Part shown: piece after piece, positions 1-11,568 of the stretch | How positions within the stretch are numbered: position 1 is the stretch's first letter | How the letters are laid out: each line of letters starts with the position of its first letter | Origin: Anthoceros angustus | Taxonomy: Eukaryota; Plantae; Anthocerotophyta | Length of the DNA stretch: 64,000 bases | Direction of reading: 5' to 3' | Assembly (NCBI GenBank): GCA_010909165.1 | Contig: MU008183.1 | Coordinates: 496,001 to 560,000 of the forward strand | Made by a program: the position numbers and the translations under genes | Notes under the pieces: generated by a model | What the model was told of the DNA's origin: nothing | Databases searched by the model: none | What the model saw: only the letters and a program-made list of their open reading frames with translations

Positions 1-105
1 GGCATTGAACAGCTCCACGCCCGGGTCCCAGGACCCCGTCACTGTGAACCTGGCATCGGTGCAAGGACCCAACTTCAGGTTCGTCCTGCGCGCCAGAGGA
101 GATAG
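1..105 (+). pseudogene. 5' part of a beta-trefoil (fascin/lectin-like) gene, interrupted by copia-1
   Basis: Reads ALNSSTPGSQDPVTVNLASVQGPNFRFVLRARGD, which resembles SVSLSNPVTDAGRFVLVAKGDD of the paralog at 30252. It continues after the copia LTR at 27155. Confidence 0.7.
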
Positions 106-252
106 TGACAAAGCAAAAGTCGTACGAGACTTGCACAAGATGCTTTGCATAATTAAAGTAAGTAGAAATACAAACAAAACTGTCTTATGTCTTTCACGAA
201 ACGTCGCTAAAACCCTTTGCCTCTTTTAGTGGGCTAGAGTTGCACTCTTTCA
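106..252 (-). repeat. 3' LTR of copia-1
   Basis: Direct repeat of 27008-27154. The adjacent 253-263 (cactcccactc) is a polypurine tract on the minus strand. Confidence 0.93.
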
Positions 253-382
253 CACTCCCACTCAGCTCTAGGCTCACTAAGGTTGCTTAAAGGACTCCTA
301 AGTGACTTGACGATCGGATCTAATTCAGATTAGCTTCATCCACTCTCGCCACTTGGCAGCTCCTACTTAAGCTTGGAAAGTA

Positions 383-664
383 CTATTTTGTCGTTGACTT
401 GGCCTCCTCAGCTGCTAAAGTGATGATATCACTACCATCAACTACTCCAAGTCCTTCCTTATGTTTGTTGTGTTTATGAGTCGGAAGAGACTTAGTAAAA
501 ATATCTGCAGTATTATCCTCGGTATTTACATAAGCCACTACCACCACTCCTCGTGAAGTAACATCAAGTATATAATGGTGATATAGCTCAATGTGCTTAG
601 TACGAACATGATAACGAGGATTAGCGACTAAAGCTATAGCGGACATGTTATCACAATTGAGCAA
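383..664 (-). CDS. copia-1 RNase H C-terminal part
   Basis: CDNMSAIALVANPRYHVRTKHIELYHH...ADIFTKSL, the copia RNase H signature. Confidence 0.9.
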   Translation of the reverse strand: MLNCDNMSAIALVANPRYHVRTKHIELYHHYILDVTSRGVVVVAYVNTEDNTADIFTKSLPTHKHNKHKEGLGVVDGSDIITLAAEEAKSTTK

Positions 665-905
665 TGTAGGTCGAGGTCAGCCATTTTATATCACTTAGAA
701 GTGAACGCCCCACTCACCTCTTTACCGCTTCAAGAAGAGCTTTATACTCCGCCTCTGTCGAACTCAAGGCCAGACTTGTTTGCTTCTTACATCTCCAGCT
801 TACGGAGGCGCCAGCTAACATAAAACAATATGCGGAAATACTTTTCCGCGTGTCGGCATCAGAGGCCCAATCGGCATCTACATATCCCGATAGCTCGAAC
901 TCTTT

Positions 906-2069
906 TCAACCTATGGAAGTGTAGCAGATGCCATATGTTGAGGTACCACTCACATACCTCAGGATCCTCTTCACTGCTATCCAGTGCTTCCTGCCCGGAT
1001 TTTGAAGGTATTGAGCAGCAGCATTAACAACATACATGATATCGGGCCTAGTCCAATTAGCTAAATAGAAGAGACAACCCACACAAGCAGCATAAGGGAT
1101 AGTAAGCATATCCTCACGCTCAGCATCAGATTGTGGGCAATCCTCAGAAGATAGCCGAATACCAACTGCCCCTGGAGTAGATACGGGCCTAGCTGTTTGC
1201 ATATTAAAACGGGTTAAGATTTCTCTTACATATTTTTGTTGATGCATAATATTCGCCATTAGGTCGATCTCAAGAATTTGAATCCCGAGACACCATCGAA
1301 GAACCCCAATATCCTTCATATCAAATTCAGCCCGAAGCATATCCTTAATAGAGTTAATTAACTTCATACTAGTGCCAAACATACATATGTCATCAACATA
1401 TAAAGCTAAAATGATAAAGTTGGAGCCGTCAGCTAGATAATAAACAATACTATCAGCATGGCTTTGAGTAAAGCCAATAAACTTAAGACGACCATCACAC
1501 TTATAAAACCATTTATTAGCACTTTGTTTTAAACCATAAAGGCACTTTAGCAGCTTACAAACCAACTCCGCATTAACATCTTCATAACCCTCCGGTTGCC
1601 GCATATATATTTCCTCCTCGAGTTCTCCATACAAGAATGCGGTACAAACATCCATCTGATGGATTTCTAAGTTCAACTCTGCGGCTAAAGCTAAAAGGAC
1701 CCTTAAGGATTGGATCTTAACTACCGGCGAGAAAGTCTCCTGGTAATCGACGCCAGCTACCTGGCTATAGCCCTTAGCAACTAGCCTAGCTTTATAACGT
1801 TCAATAGAACCATCAGCATTTAATTTGGTCTTAAAGACCCACTTGCAAAGTATGGGTTTACGACCAGGAGGAAGTGGAACTAAATCCCATATATGATTTT
1901 TAAGCAAAGAATTATACTCACTTGCTATTGCCTCTTTCCACGCAAAGACCATTAGGTCCATCCAAGGCCTCTCGATAGTAGTAGGTTCACCATCAACCGT
2001 CAAGAGCATATGCAAGGAGAGCCCTAAGATCAGTTGAAGGTGAATTAGTGAAAGCAGAAAAATCAGCAC
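906..2069 (-). CDS. copia-1 reverse transcriptase (RVT_2-type)
   Basis: WDLVPLPPGRKPILCKWVFKTK, YKARLVAKGYSQ, QMDVCTAFLYG, LYGLKQS, LYVDD. Confidence 0.95.
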   Translation of the reverse strand: MLIFLLSLIHLQLILGLSLHMLLTVDGEPTTIERPWMDLMVFAWKEAIASEYNSLLKNHIWDLVPLPPGRKPILCKWVFKTKLNADGSIERYKARLVAKGYSQVAGVDYQETFSPVVKIQSLRVLLALAAELNLEIHQMDVCTAFLYGELEEEIYMRQPEGYEDVNAELVCKLLKCLYGLKQSANKWFYKCDGRLKFIGFTQSHADSIVYYLADGSNFIILALYVDDICMFGTSMKLINSIKDMLRAEFDMKDIGVLRWCLGIQILEIDLMANIMHQQKYVREILTRFNMQTARPVSTPGAVGIRLSSEDCPQSDAEREDMLTIPYAACVGCLFYLANWTRPDIMYVVNAAAQYLQNPGRKHWIAVKRILRYVSGTSTYGICYTSIG

Positions 2070-2892
2070 GAATAGAATTATCTTCTATATTTTCTTCAGC
2101 CATTTCTGCATTATCGGGCATATTTCCAGCATTAGTATTAGCTAAAATATCCGTAAGTGCCCGTAATGCACGTAATGCTCGATACGGAGGTTCGTGACAC
2201 GGACGGAGCCCCACGCTCCGTGTAGATGAGCGACGGGAGGCACCGCCCAACCACATCTTCACCAAGGCTTCATCCCGGCCCAAGTTCCACATTATCCTGC
2301 TTCACCCGCTTTTCCATGTTATGTTTAACCCGCTCACTCACTGCGCCACCACTTGCTCGCACCGGATCGCCGCCAATCCATGATCGGGACCGCCACACCA
2401 TTTTCGAGGGCTGGCATGGCCAGCCGGAGGTGAGCTGAGCCCAGCGGAGCCTCGCATGGTCTGCCCCTCGGGGGATCGCGGCGCCCTCGCACTCCAATCC
2501 CCGCGCACGCCAAAGGAAGCATCAGCACGCTGCAATCCCTGTCAGCATTCTGTGTTCCTTCAGATTGAGAGCCCGGCTGCCTATGGGAAGGACGCAGGCC
2601 TTCTACAGGCCATCCCTGGCCATGGTCGACTCCCTGCCCGTGATTGTGATGCAGGTCTTGTCCTGCACGCACGGGAGCAGGGGGCAAATGTGGCCATGCT
2701 GCAATGTCTTGCAGCTCCTCCTCACCGTCTGCATAATCTGCTGGCGCATTGGCGAGGGGGTATAGGCCTATGTTGCGATGTCCTGGGTCACGGCTGTGAT
2801 CAATGTACGCAGGTTGAGAACCTGAGAACACTCCTGGAGTTGGCAGTTGAAAACCAGCATTGGGATCAGGAGGGTCGTCCTCATCATTATCG

Positions 2893-3960
2893 TCATCTGG
2901 GTATGTGTGTGAACTGCCATCTCCAAAGTTCACCGCGTGAACTGCCACCTCCAAAGTCCGGATTGCTCATAGTTGATTCTGTGAGGCCTCGACGGTTCCA
3001 TGTGTCAGAGACTCCCATCGCCTCCCATCGCCCGCTCAATGATGAGCTTGAAGACAACACTCCTGCATATGTCGGTTGGCGGGTGGAGGGTGAATACAGT
3101 CTATAACCCTTCACCTGATCTCCATAACCGACGAATATATGTTGGGTTGCCCTGTCAGCTAGCTTAGGCCTGCCCTGAAGGGGAACAAGGGCCCAAGCTG
3201 GACATCCAAAGACTCTGAGGTGTGCCACTCCATGTTTTCTCTTGTACCATAACTCGAATGGTGTTGTTCCTGACGATATGGCTGATGTGTGCATCTTGTT
3301 CATCGTAGGTGGTCAGGATCGCACTCACCCCAAGAGGGGCTTTGGAAGATTGGAGGCATGGAGCATCGCCCTGCAAAGACTTGCTATGTCCCCAATTTTC
3401 TTCCTGCCACCCCATTTGGGATGTGTAAGGTAAAGTGTATTGACGCATAATCCCTAGAGCCTTACACCAGTCCTTGAATTCATTTGAACTGAACTCTCCC
3501 CCGTTGTCTGTCCGCAAGCAGCGAACCTTGGACCCTGTCTGAGATTCAGCAATTATTTTATAGTCTTGGAAGGTACTGAATGCATCACTTTTCCTCTTCA
3601 GTGGATACGTGTGTGTGAACCTGCTGTAGTCATCAACAATGACCAGGTAATATAGTGCTCCACCAAGGGAGGGTACACTTAATGGCCCACATATATCTGC
3701 ATGCAGCAATTCTAACAAACTGGTTGCCCGTGTAGGGTTGGTGTTAGTGAAGGGTAGCTTCTTGTGCTTTCCCATGACACAAGCCTCACAAACTTGCATT
3801 GCTTTCCTAGTTTAGGAGTCCTTCACCGTTCTAAAATAATCAACCTGTGTGACGCAGGTTTAGGGAGATTCATGTGGCCAAACGCATGCCACAAGAGAGT
3901 TCTTGAGGAGATAGAGTTCCGCCACGCAAGCAACCCTACTTCCACTCGGCTGAGCTAATG
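2893..3960 (-). pseudogene. copia-1 integrase (frameshifted) with GAG-pre-integrase region
   Basis: LWHMRFGH, CEACVMGK, LLHADICGP, VDDYSR, LRTDNGGEF, HLRVFGCPAW. Confidence 0.9.
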
Positions 3961-6447
3961 AAGAGCCTACAGGTAAGAGCTCTAGAACATACAGGTCATC
4001 CTGCGCTGTTCCTTCTGCTATGCACTGATCAGTTACGTCACCCTGGAATAACCTGCAGCCCTTCCTCGTGAACAGGAAAGTGACATTGTTATTAGTGGTA
4101 AGGGCCTTCACTGAAACCAGATTCTTAGTCATACAGGGGACATAAAGGACATCTCTCAAGTGTATATCATTTCCTGTATATGCAAGATCACGGTCCCTTT
4201 TCCTTTCACGAATCGACGGCCATCACCACAACAACAACTTGCCCTAAGGAATCAAGAAATGTTGTGAAGCAACTCCTATTGTTGCATATGTGCAGATGCT
4301 CCGAGTCCAAGTACCACAAGGAAGGTGATGTTCGAGTGGAAAGGAAGCATCTGTCATGATTGAAGGTACACCGCTTGTTGATTCAAGAACATGTGTCTCA
4401 TGAGGCTTGGTTTTGGGGTTCGCCGCCTTTCTTACGGCATCCGCTCCCAATGCCCTTCAAGTTGACACCGATTACAAGCTCCCTTCCTTTCTTCTTATCA
4501 CCTTTGTTAGAAGCACTGTGCTTGCCCGCCTCCTTTCTTATTCCATCTTGGCTTCTTTTCCGCCATGAGAATCTTGTCGAATTTGCGAGAAGATGATGCT
4601 ATGTTCACTCTTCTCCTGGCCTCTTCTTGCAGCATTGAAGCGGAGAGAGCTGCAACTGCGAGTGTTGAAGCTCCACCAGTTGCAACTGCAGCCGAAGCTG
4701 TCTGGAGAGGGCCCGTTTTGTTGTGAAGCAAAACTCTCCCAGCTTTGAGGGAGACTGGCCAGCAATTGTGCGACTGCATCCAACTCGGTCATCTTAGACC
4801 CAAGGAGTGATAGCTGTGAACGAAGATACCTGAATTTGCCTAGGTGTCAAACACTCTCTTTTTTCAATCGCAAGGACTGAAAATTCATCCTTGCTTCTAC
4901 AAGGGTCATGACGTTACTTGATAGAGATTAGCCGTGCCATCCCATTTCCGGGATGTGCAGCGGAAGAAGTGTGTTAATACACCGCTTGTGCTTTCCCATG
5001 ACACAAGCCTCACAAACTTGCAGCTGTTTCCCTAGTTTAGGGAGTCCTTCACCTGTTCTAAAATAATCAACCTGTGTGTGACGCAGAAGTTTAGGGAGAT
5101 TCATGTGGCCAAAACGCATATGCCACAAGAGAGTTCTTGAGGAGATAGAGTCTGCCACGCAAGCAACCCTACTTCCACTCGGCTGAGCTAATGAAGAGCC
5201 TACAGGTAAGAGCTCTAGAACATACAGGTCATCCTGCGCTGTTCCTTCTGCTATGCACTGATCAGTTACGTCACCCTGGAATAACCTGCAGCCCTTCCTC
5301 GTGAACAGGAAAGTGACATTGTTATTAGTGGTAAGGGCCTTCAACAAACCAGATTCTTAGTCATGGGACATAAAGGACATCTCTCAAGTGTATATCTGTT
5401 CTCTGATATGCAAGATCACACCTTTTCCTTTCACGAATCGACGGCCATCACCACAACAACAACTTGCCCTAAGGAATCAAGAAATGTTGTGAAGCAACTC
5501 CTATTGTTGCATATGTGCAGATGCTCGAGTCCAAGTACCACAAGGAAGGTGATGTTCGAGTGGAAAGGAAGCGGTTGTCATGATTGAAGGTACACGCTTG
5601 TTGATTCAAGAACATGTGTCTCATGAGGCTTGGTTTTGGGGTTCGCCGCCTTTCTTACGGTCCGCTCCCAATGCCCTTCAAGTTGACACCGATTACAAGC
5701 TCCCTTCCTTTTCTTCTTATCACCTTTGTTAGAAGCCTTCACTGGCGCTTGCCCGCCTCCTTTCTTATTCCATCTTGGCTTCTTTTACGCCATGAGAATC
5801 TTGTCAATTTGCGAGAAGATGATGCTATGTTCACTCTTCTCCGGCCTCTTCTTGCAAGATTGAAGCGGAGAGAGCTGCAGCTGAGTGTTGAAGCTCCACC
5901 GATTAACTCGCAAGTATCTGAGGCCCGTTTGTTGTGAAGCAAAACTCTCCCAGCTTTGAGGAGATCACAGCAATTGTGCGATCGCATCCAACTCGGTCAT
6001 CTTAGACCCAAGGAGTGATAGTGAACGAAGATACCGAATTTGCCTAGGTGTCAAACACTCTTTTTCTTTCAATCGCAAGGACTGAAAATTCATCCTTGCT
6101 TCTACAAGGGTCATGACGTTCTGTACTTGATAGAGATTAGCCAGGCCATCCCAGATTTCCCGGGATGTGCAGCGGAAGAAGTGTGTTAATACCTGCTCTG
6201 TTGTGCCTGTAGGTGGACTGTGGGAATTATGATTCTCACAGCACCGGCTACAGCAACAACCTTCTAGGTATTTTAAGCTTCACATGAAGTCAATTCACCA
6301 CCAATAGACGTGACCTTCTCTAGCGGGTGTGTCTTGTGGCTCCAAACGATGCAGCATTTAAGTTTTACCGTTTTAGTTTTTAGGTGGTGGAGGCGTCTGT
6401 GGCCTCCGAACATTTAGGGTTTCCTCCCTCGGTTGCTGCAGGCTCTC
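3960..6447 (-). pseudogene. copia-1 gag/protease, degenerate; ~1.2-kb block present twice (~3770-4920 and ~4980-6130)
   Basis: DVLYVPCMTKNLVSV (protease end) and AQLLASLPQSWESF (UBN2-type gag). The gag N-terminus continues across element A into 26520-26990 (INARIDAVISMLE|SLQQPREE). Confidence 0.8.
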
Positions 6448-6479
6448 AACAAGGTCTCCTAAGAAGTAGAGACGGCTCC
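6448..6479 (+). repeat. Left TIR of element A
   Basis: aacaaggtctcctaagaagtagagacggctcc is the reverse complement of 26487-26519 with a 1-nt gap. Confidence 0.9.
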
Positions 6480-7099
6480 TCGTCTCTAATTTTGAGGGTG
6501 TGAAAACGGGGGTTTGTTTTCGGAAAACCGTGTATTAGGCTCTTTTAAAATTCTACTTAAAATGATGTATGAAGAATGAAGAGTTTTCAAATGAAACCGC
6601 AGTGCATTTCAAGGTTTGTTTACTAATTTTCCTTTTCCTCTATACTATATGACCTACCCTTAAAAACACGCAAGATTTGAAGATAACACCGATGGGGTCC
6701 GCTTTGCACATTTTCACACCACCAAGATTTCAATAAGCGCTCACATAAGCGCTCACATAATAAATAGGAAAGTGTTTAAGCCGCTCACATCGTAAATAGG
6801 AAAGTGGTGGAACGATTCAATAATGAAACGACTCGACCGGACATCCGCGAGCGCCGCACTGCTCCAGGAGTCAAAAGGGTTTTGATTTAAATATCCGGAC
6901 ACGGTGCAAACGCTACCGCACGCGGTATGATGCCTGGTGCTTGAGCGAATCGTGCCTTTCCCGCCGTGGGACATGGCTGCCCCGCCATTGGCCGTTGAAT
7001 AGCACGAATGTATTCACCCCATCGCCTCGGCCATCCAAAGTGCTTCCGTGGTCCGCACAACCGGTCTTGTTCGATGGGGTTTGGATGCAAAGCCATTCC

Positions 7100-7924
7100 G
7101 CTACAATTGCACCATGCTCCACAACGCGGAGATTTGGAATGGCCGCCTCAAGGATTTGGTTCACCATCATGTGTCCGCACGACAATGTGCCGCATATGGG
7201 TAAACAAGGAATGAGTAAAAGGATCACCGCAGCGGTGGTCATCCACCCGTTTCGATTTACCAATCACCGCTTTGATTGTCAATGAGCAAATGTTTCAAAG
7301 ATCCCTCGTGAAGAGTGCCAATGCTCAAACATGAATCTTTGGAGGGCTAGCAACAAGGGCCAGCGTGGATAGCAGACAGCGCAGACCGCTATCCGGTGTC
7401 GAGGTTGGTGCCGACATGTATGCCTCACTACAAGTCAAAGCACAACTGTTCTTCACGAGTCCAACAAGTAAAACGCAACTATGCTTGTCAATCGGGTCCT
7501 CCACGCACATCCCCACCAAACGATTCGATGCTAGATATTGTTTTCGCTGTCCACCCATGCGGGAGTCCACCGTGGATCATACTTCTCGGTCAACGACTCA
7601 ATGGGAGCCCGCTTTCCCCATCATCGTGCCCAAATGCGAGTGCCGCACCTGTGTCATCGCTCGCACGCGTCGCCCATGACGCCTCGCAGCTTTTCTCACC
7701 ATCCGCCAATGCACCGCACACATCTCCCACAACACCAAACATCGGGGCTCTATCACATCTCCGGATGTGGCTCTCTTGCCGAATGCACGCCGCCTTGAGC
7801 CACAAATCGCCGCCACCGCCGCTGAGTTCACCATCGGCTCTTTGCTAAACGCCTTGGGTCCCGTGATAGCCTTGATCTCTCCCACCTCCTCCTCCTCGCT
7901 CGGCCAAAGGCCCAAATTATTCAT
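7100..7924 (-). pseudogene. Possible degenerate SET-like domain at the C-terminus of the element A ParB-MTase gene
   Basis: Across frames: RAFGKRATSGDVIEPRCLVLWEMCGAL, TVDSRMGG, LALFTRDL and IPCLPICGTLSCGHMM resemble SET and post-SET motifs in the right order. Confidence 0.3.
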
Positions 7925-10900
7925 CGTAGATCCATGAACCGAATCGCCTGGGATCCACGTCTATTGAAATGACATCGCCTGCACTTGATAGCCGCAACCA
8001 TTCTCACCTAGCGCACACCCGCCTAAGACCCACTCGCCTTCCATATCAGTATAGCTCAATGAGCTTCTTCAACAACTGATGGGCTTTTGATATGGGCATA
8101 CCACCCTATCATCTGGCGTGTTATAACACGACTTATGTTCTTGCCTTCTCAAAAGCAAGATGTCAACCCTTTCCATCTTTCATAATACTGAAAGACCGAG
8201 AGAGAAATGTTGCGCCGACAATCCCGCTTGAGGGCGCCGCCCGTGGTGATGTAATCACCGCATCATACAACTTGTCCGCTCCAGCCACATTGGTTTTGTG
8301 CGGAAGCACGAATCGACACCTCCTTTACATGTTGCAAGCAATACATCCCGGACCATTGACATATCATCCGGCGAATGAAATACCACGATTCTAAATACCT
8401 CGACGCCAGATGCCTCGAACGCATGATGACGTTTTCAAACTCAAGGCGATTGAACGCGTGTCATACTCTCGAGTTAGCATCCACCCAACCCTCTTGGCAA
8501 GTCCAAGCAACATAGCATACGGTCGGGGTTCCACAAGCTGGGCCATCCTCACGATGTTCCCACATATTATGCCTACCTTTGGATCTCCGTGTCATACTCT
8601 CGAGTTAGCATCCAGACCCAACCCTCTTGGCAAGTCCAGAAGCAACATAGCATACGGTCGGGGTTCCACAAGCTGGGCCATCCTCACGATGTTCCCACAT
8701 ATTATGCCTACCTTCTTTGGATCTCCGGTGTCATCTCTCGAATGTCTTTAACTTGTCGGGACTTATGGTCTCCAACAACCGCGTTGCTCATCCTCCATTA
8801 TTTTCCATGCTTTGGCCTTCATAACGTGTTCCTTGAAATTGTCCGGGAGTGCACTCCACTCAAGACAAGCATTCGCCGCACAAAGGGCAAAGCACCATCA
8901 TAGACAAGAACATCGCGGCAAGTGAAGCAAGCCCAAAGCCACCAAGCGTTCATACACATGAAATGATCTCAAATGCACCGGCCGTCTGGTGTGGAACAGT
9001 CGTGCAAGCTGACCAGCTACTGACCATAGTTTTGAACGCTGGCTAGAAGTTGCTGATCTGCTCGACAGTACTATATTGAGGGTAGCGCTCCCTAACCTGC
9101 TCAAAGGTCTCACAGTTCAGGTTCTTTGCAAGTGTGACGTGGATGAGGTTCAATTTTTTGGCCTTCTCCAGCCACCCTTGCATTTGCCTCAAACTCATTT
9201 CTCCGCATGTAACCTTCATACATGCTTTTAAGGTTGTTGTTGCCCGCAGTGTAATGTTCGACACCGGAAACACTTCCACACTCTCACTCGCACATCCGCT
9301 TCTTTAACCTCAATGACCACAAGGTCTCTCACAGCTGTAGGTGTGTTCCGCGTCCTCCTCGTGGCCTTTGTCTGCTTTTGCTAAGGCGCATCCACTGCTC
9401 CAGAATCGCTTACATTCCCACTTCTCAAATATCTCGTCCACATACCTCCAGACTTCTTCATCAACTTTTGCCACACAATAGTCTGGTGTTCTGTTGTCCA
9501 CAAGCCTGTGATACCGCACTTGGGGCCATGCTTTGTTGCATCCCACTTTGGGATCCCGCCCAGCGCATACACATCCAGCTTCCGCCCACGCCGACTTCAA
9601 ACCTTTCGATCTCCTAGATAGCAACTCACTTCTAATGTAACGTACTCAGTCCATGAAAGTAAATGTCTTTCTTGCATCTGCGATCGTGTTGTGGTCCGTG
9701 GCTACAATCCTCATCTCGTCCTCTGTGAGTCCGGCTAGGACATATGCATCCATCCACTTGTACTCTTCCTTGGAGTGCGAGATGGGGCAGACGGACCTTG
9801 CTCGAAAGAATGATTACCCCAAGACGAAAAACCCGTACACCTTGGTCCACCTTCTCAACGCCGAAATTGCTTTTGTCGACACGTGAAGGATCGACTATCA
9901 CAACCATTGGTAGCACACCACCACCCAGGATGTGTTTCATCTTTTGCATCAAAGCCTCCACCCAAGCGAGATCCAGCTTCTCACCGCCGCCTCACAGTTC
10001 CTCGTGGTTTGCAACACTTGATTGGCAGCTTCAAAGTAGACTCCCAAACTCGTTTGATAGCAATACCATCCCTTTCGTCCGGTTTGCATCGCTCTTATTG
10101 CGAGCTGTCATCGTTAGTAGCGGCCGTGCATCCTTAGCTTTCTCCACAAACAGGCGGTTCATCCTCCTCTTCTTCTTCGTTCTCCTCCACAATTGCAGGC
10201 TTCCTTGTTTCCCTTTGATTTCTTGGCTTTCCCATTCTTTGTTGTGCACCACCCGCTCGAACTGCTTTTGCCAACAAAAGCTCCTCCTCTCTTCCTTCCC
10301 TTGGCGGACTTCACGGCGATGGGGACTCTGCTTACCCTTCTACGATCCAACACGCTCGTTAGACCTCCAGACTTCTTCATCAACTTTTGCCACAGAGTCC
10401 GGTTCTGTTGTCCACAAGCCCGTGATACTGCACCTTGGGGCCATGCTTTGTTGCATCCCACTTTGGGATCCCGCCCAGCGCATACACATCCAGCTTCCGC
10501 CCACGCCGACTTCAAACCTTTCGATCTCCTAGATAGCAACTCACTTCTAATGTAACGTACTCGGTCCATGAAAGTAAATGTCTTTCTTGCATCTGCGATC
10601 GTGTTGTGGTCCGTAGCTACAATCCTCATCTCGTCCTCTGTGAGTCCAGCTAGGACATATGCATCCATCCACTTGTACTCTTCCTTCAGTGGGTACAGAT
10701 GAGACAGACGGGACCTTGCCTGGAAAGAATGATTACCCCCCAAGACGAAAAACCTGTACACACCTTGGTCCACCTTCTCAACGTCGAAATTCGTTTTGTC
10801 AGCACACTGTGAAGGATCGACTATCACAACCATTGGCAGCACACCAGCCACCCAGGGACAGTGTTTCATCTTTTGCATCAAAGCCTCCACCCAAGCGAGA

Positions 10901-11568
10901 TCCAGTTTCCTCACCCTGGCTGCCTCACACAGTTCCTCTGGTGGTTTGCAACACTTGATTGGCAGCTTCAAAGTAGACTCCCAAACTCTTTTGATAGCAA
11001 TACCGTCCCTTTCTACGTCCCGGTTTGCATCTGCTCTTATTGCAGCGAGCCTGTCATCGTTAGTAGCGACCGCGCTGTCCTTAGCTTTCTCCACAAACAG
11101 GCGGTTCATCCTCCTCTTCTTCTTCGTTCTCCTCCACAATTGCAGCTTCCTTGTTTCCCTTTGATTTCTTGGCTTTCCCATTCTTTGTTGTGCACCACCC
11201 GCTCGAACTGCTTTTGCCAACAAAAGCTCCTCCTCTCTTCCTTCCTTCCCTTGGCACTTCGATGGGGACTCGCTTGTACCCTTCTACGATCCAACACAGC
11301 TCGTTAGACCTCTGTGAGCAATCACGGGATGGGGACAGAACCTCGAGATCGTCTTCTTTGCCGGCTGCCAAGCCTTCTCCTCTTAAATGCAGCCACCTTC
11401 TGCATCCTGATCGTCTTCCGACTCGTCCGGCAAAATACCATCCGGAAATGCCTCATTGTCCTCACCGTCGTCCCTGGTGTCCTCGTCGTACCCGGTTAGG
11501 CTTCCTTCCCTTTGCTGCGCGGATGAGTTATGCGCATGGGGGTCACCAAGTCCGCTGGCTCCGCTCAA
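7925..11568 (-). CDS. Element A ParB/Srx-domain + beta-class amino-DNA-methyltransferase fusion (frameshifted, partly duplicated)
   Basis: Acidic/basic N-terminus, then ParB-like VLPMVVIVDP...VLGGNHS...ATDHN (10159-11223). Then IICGNIVRMAQLVEPRPYAMLLLDLPRG (DLPRG at 8622-8636, duplicate at 8489-8503), VCPYQKP..LLKKLIELY (8050-8100), EGEWVLGGCA (8010-8040) and VISIDVDP (~7950-7975). Confidence 0.75.

Noticed and set aside
2226-3106. Plus-strand ORFs such as 2456-3106
   Set aside because: They are antisense to the copia-1 integrase and linker, with no independent motifs.
8000-11300. Bacterial or phage contamination as the source of the ParB-MTase
   Set aside because: It lies within TIRs and TSDs inside plant copia elements. 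The linked transposase has a GT-AG intron, and no operon-like bacterial context is present.
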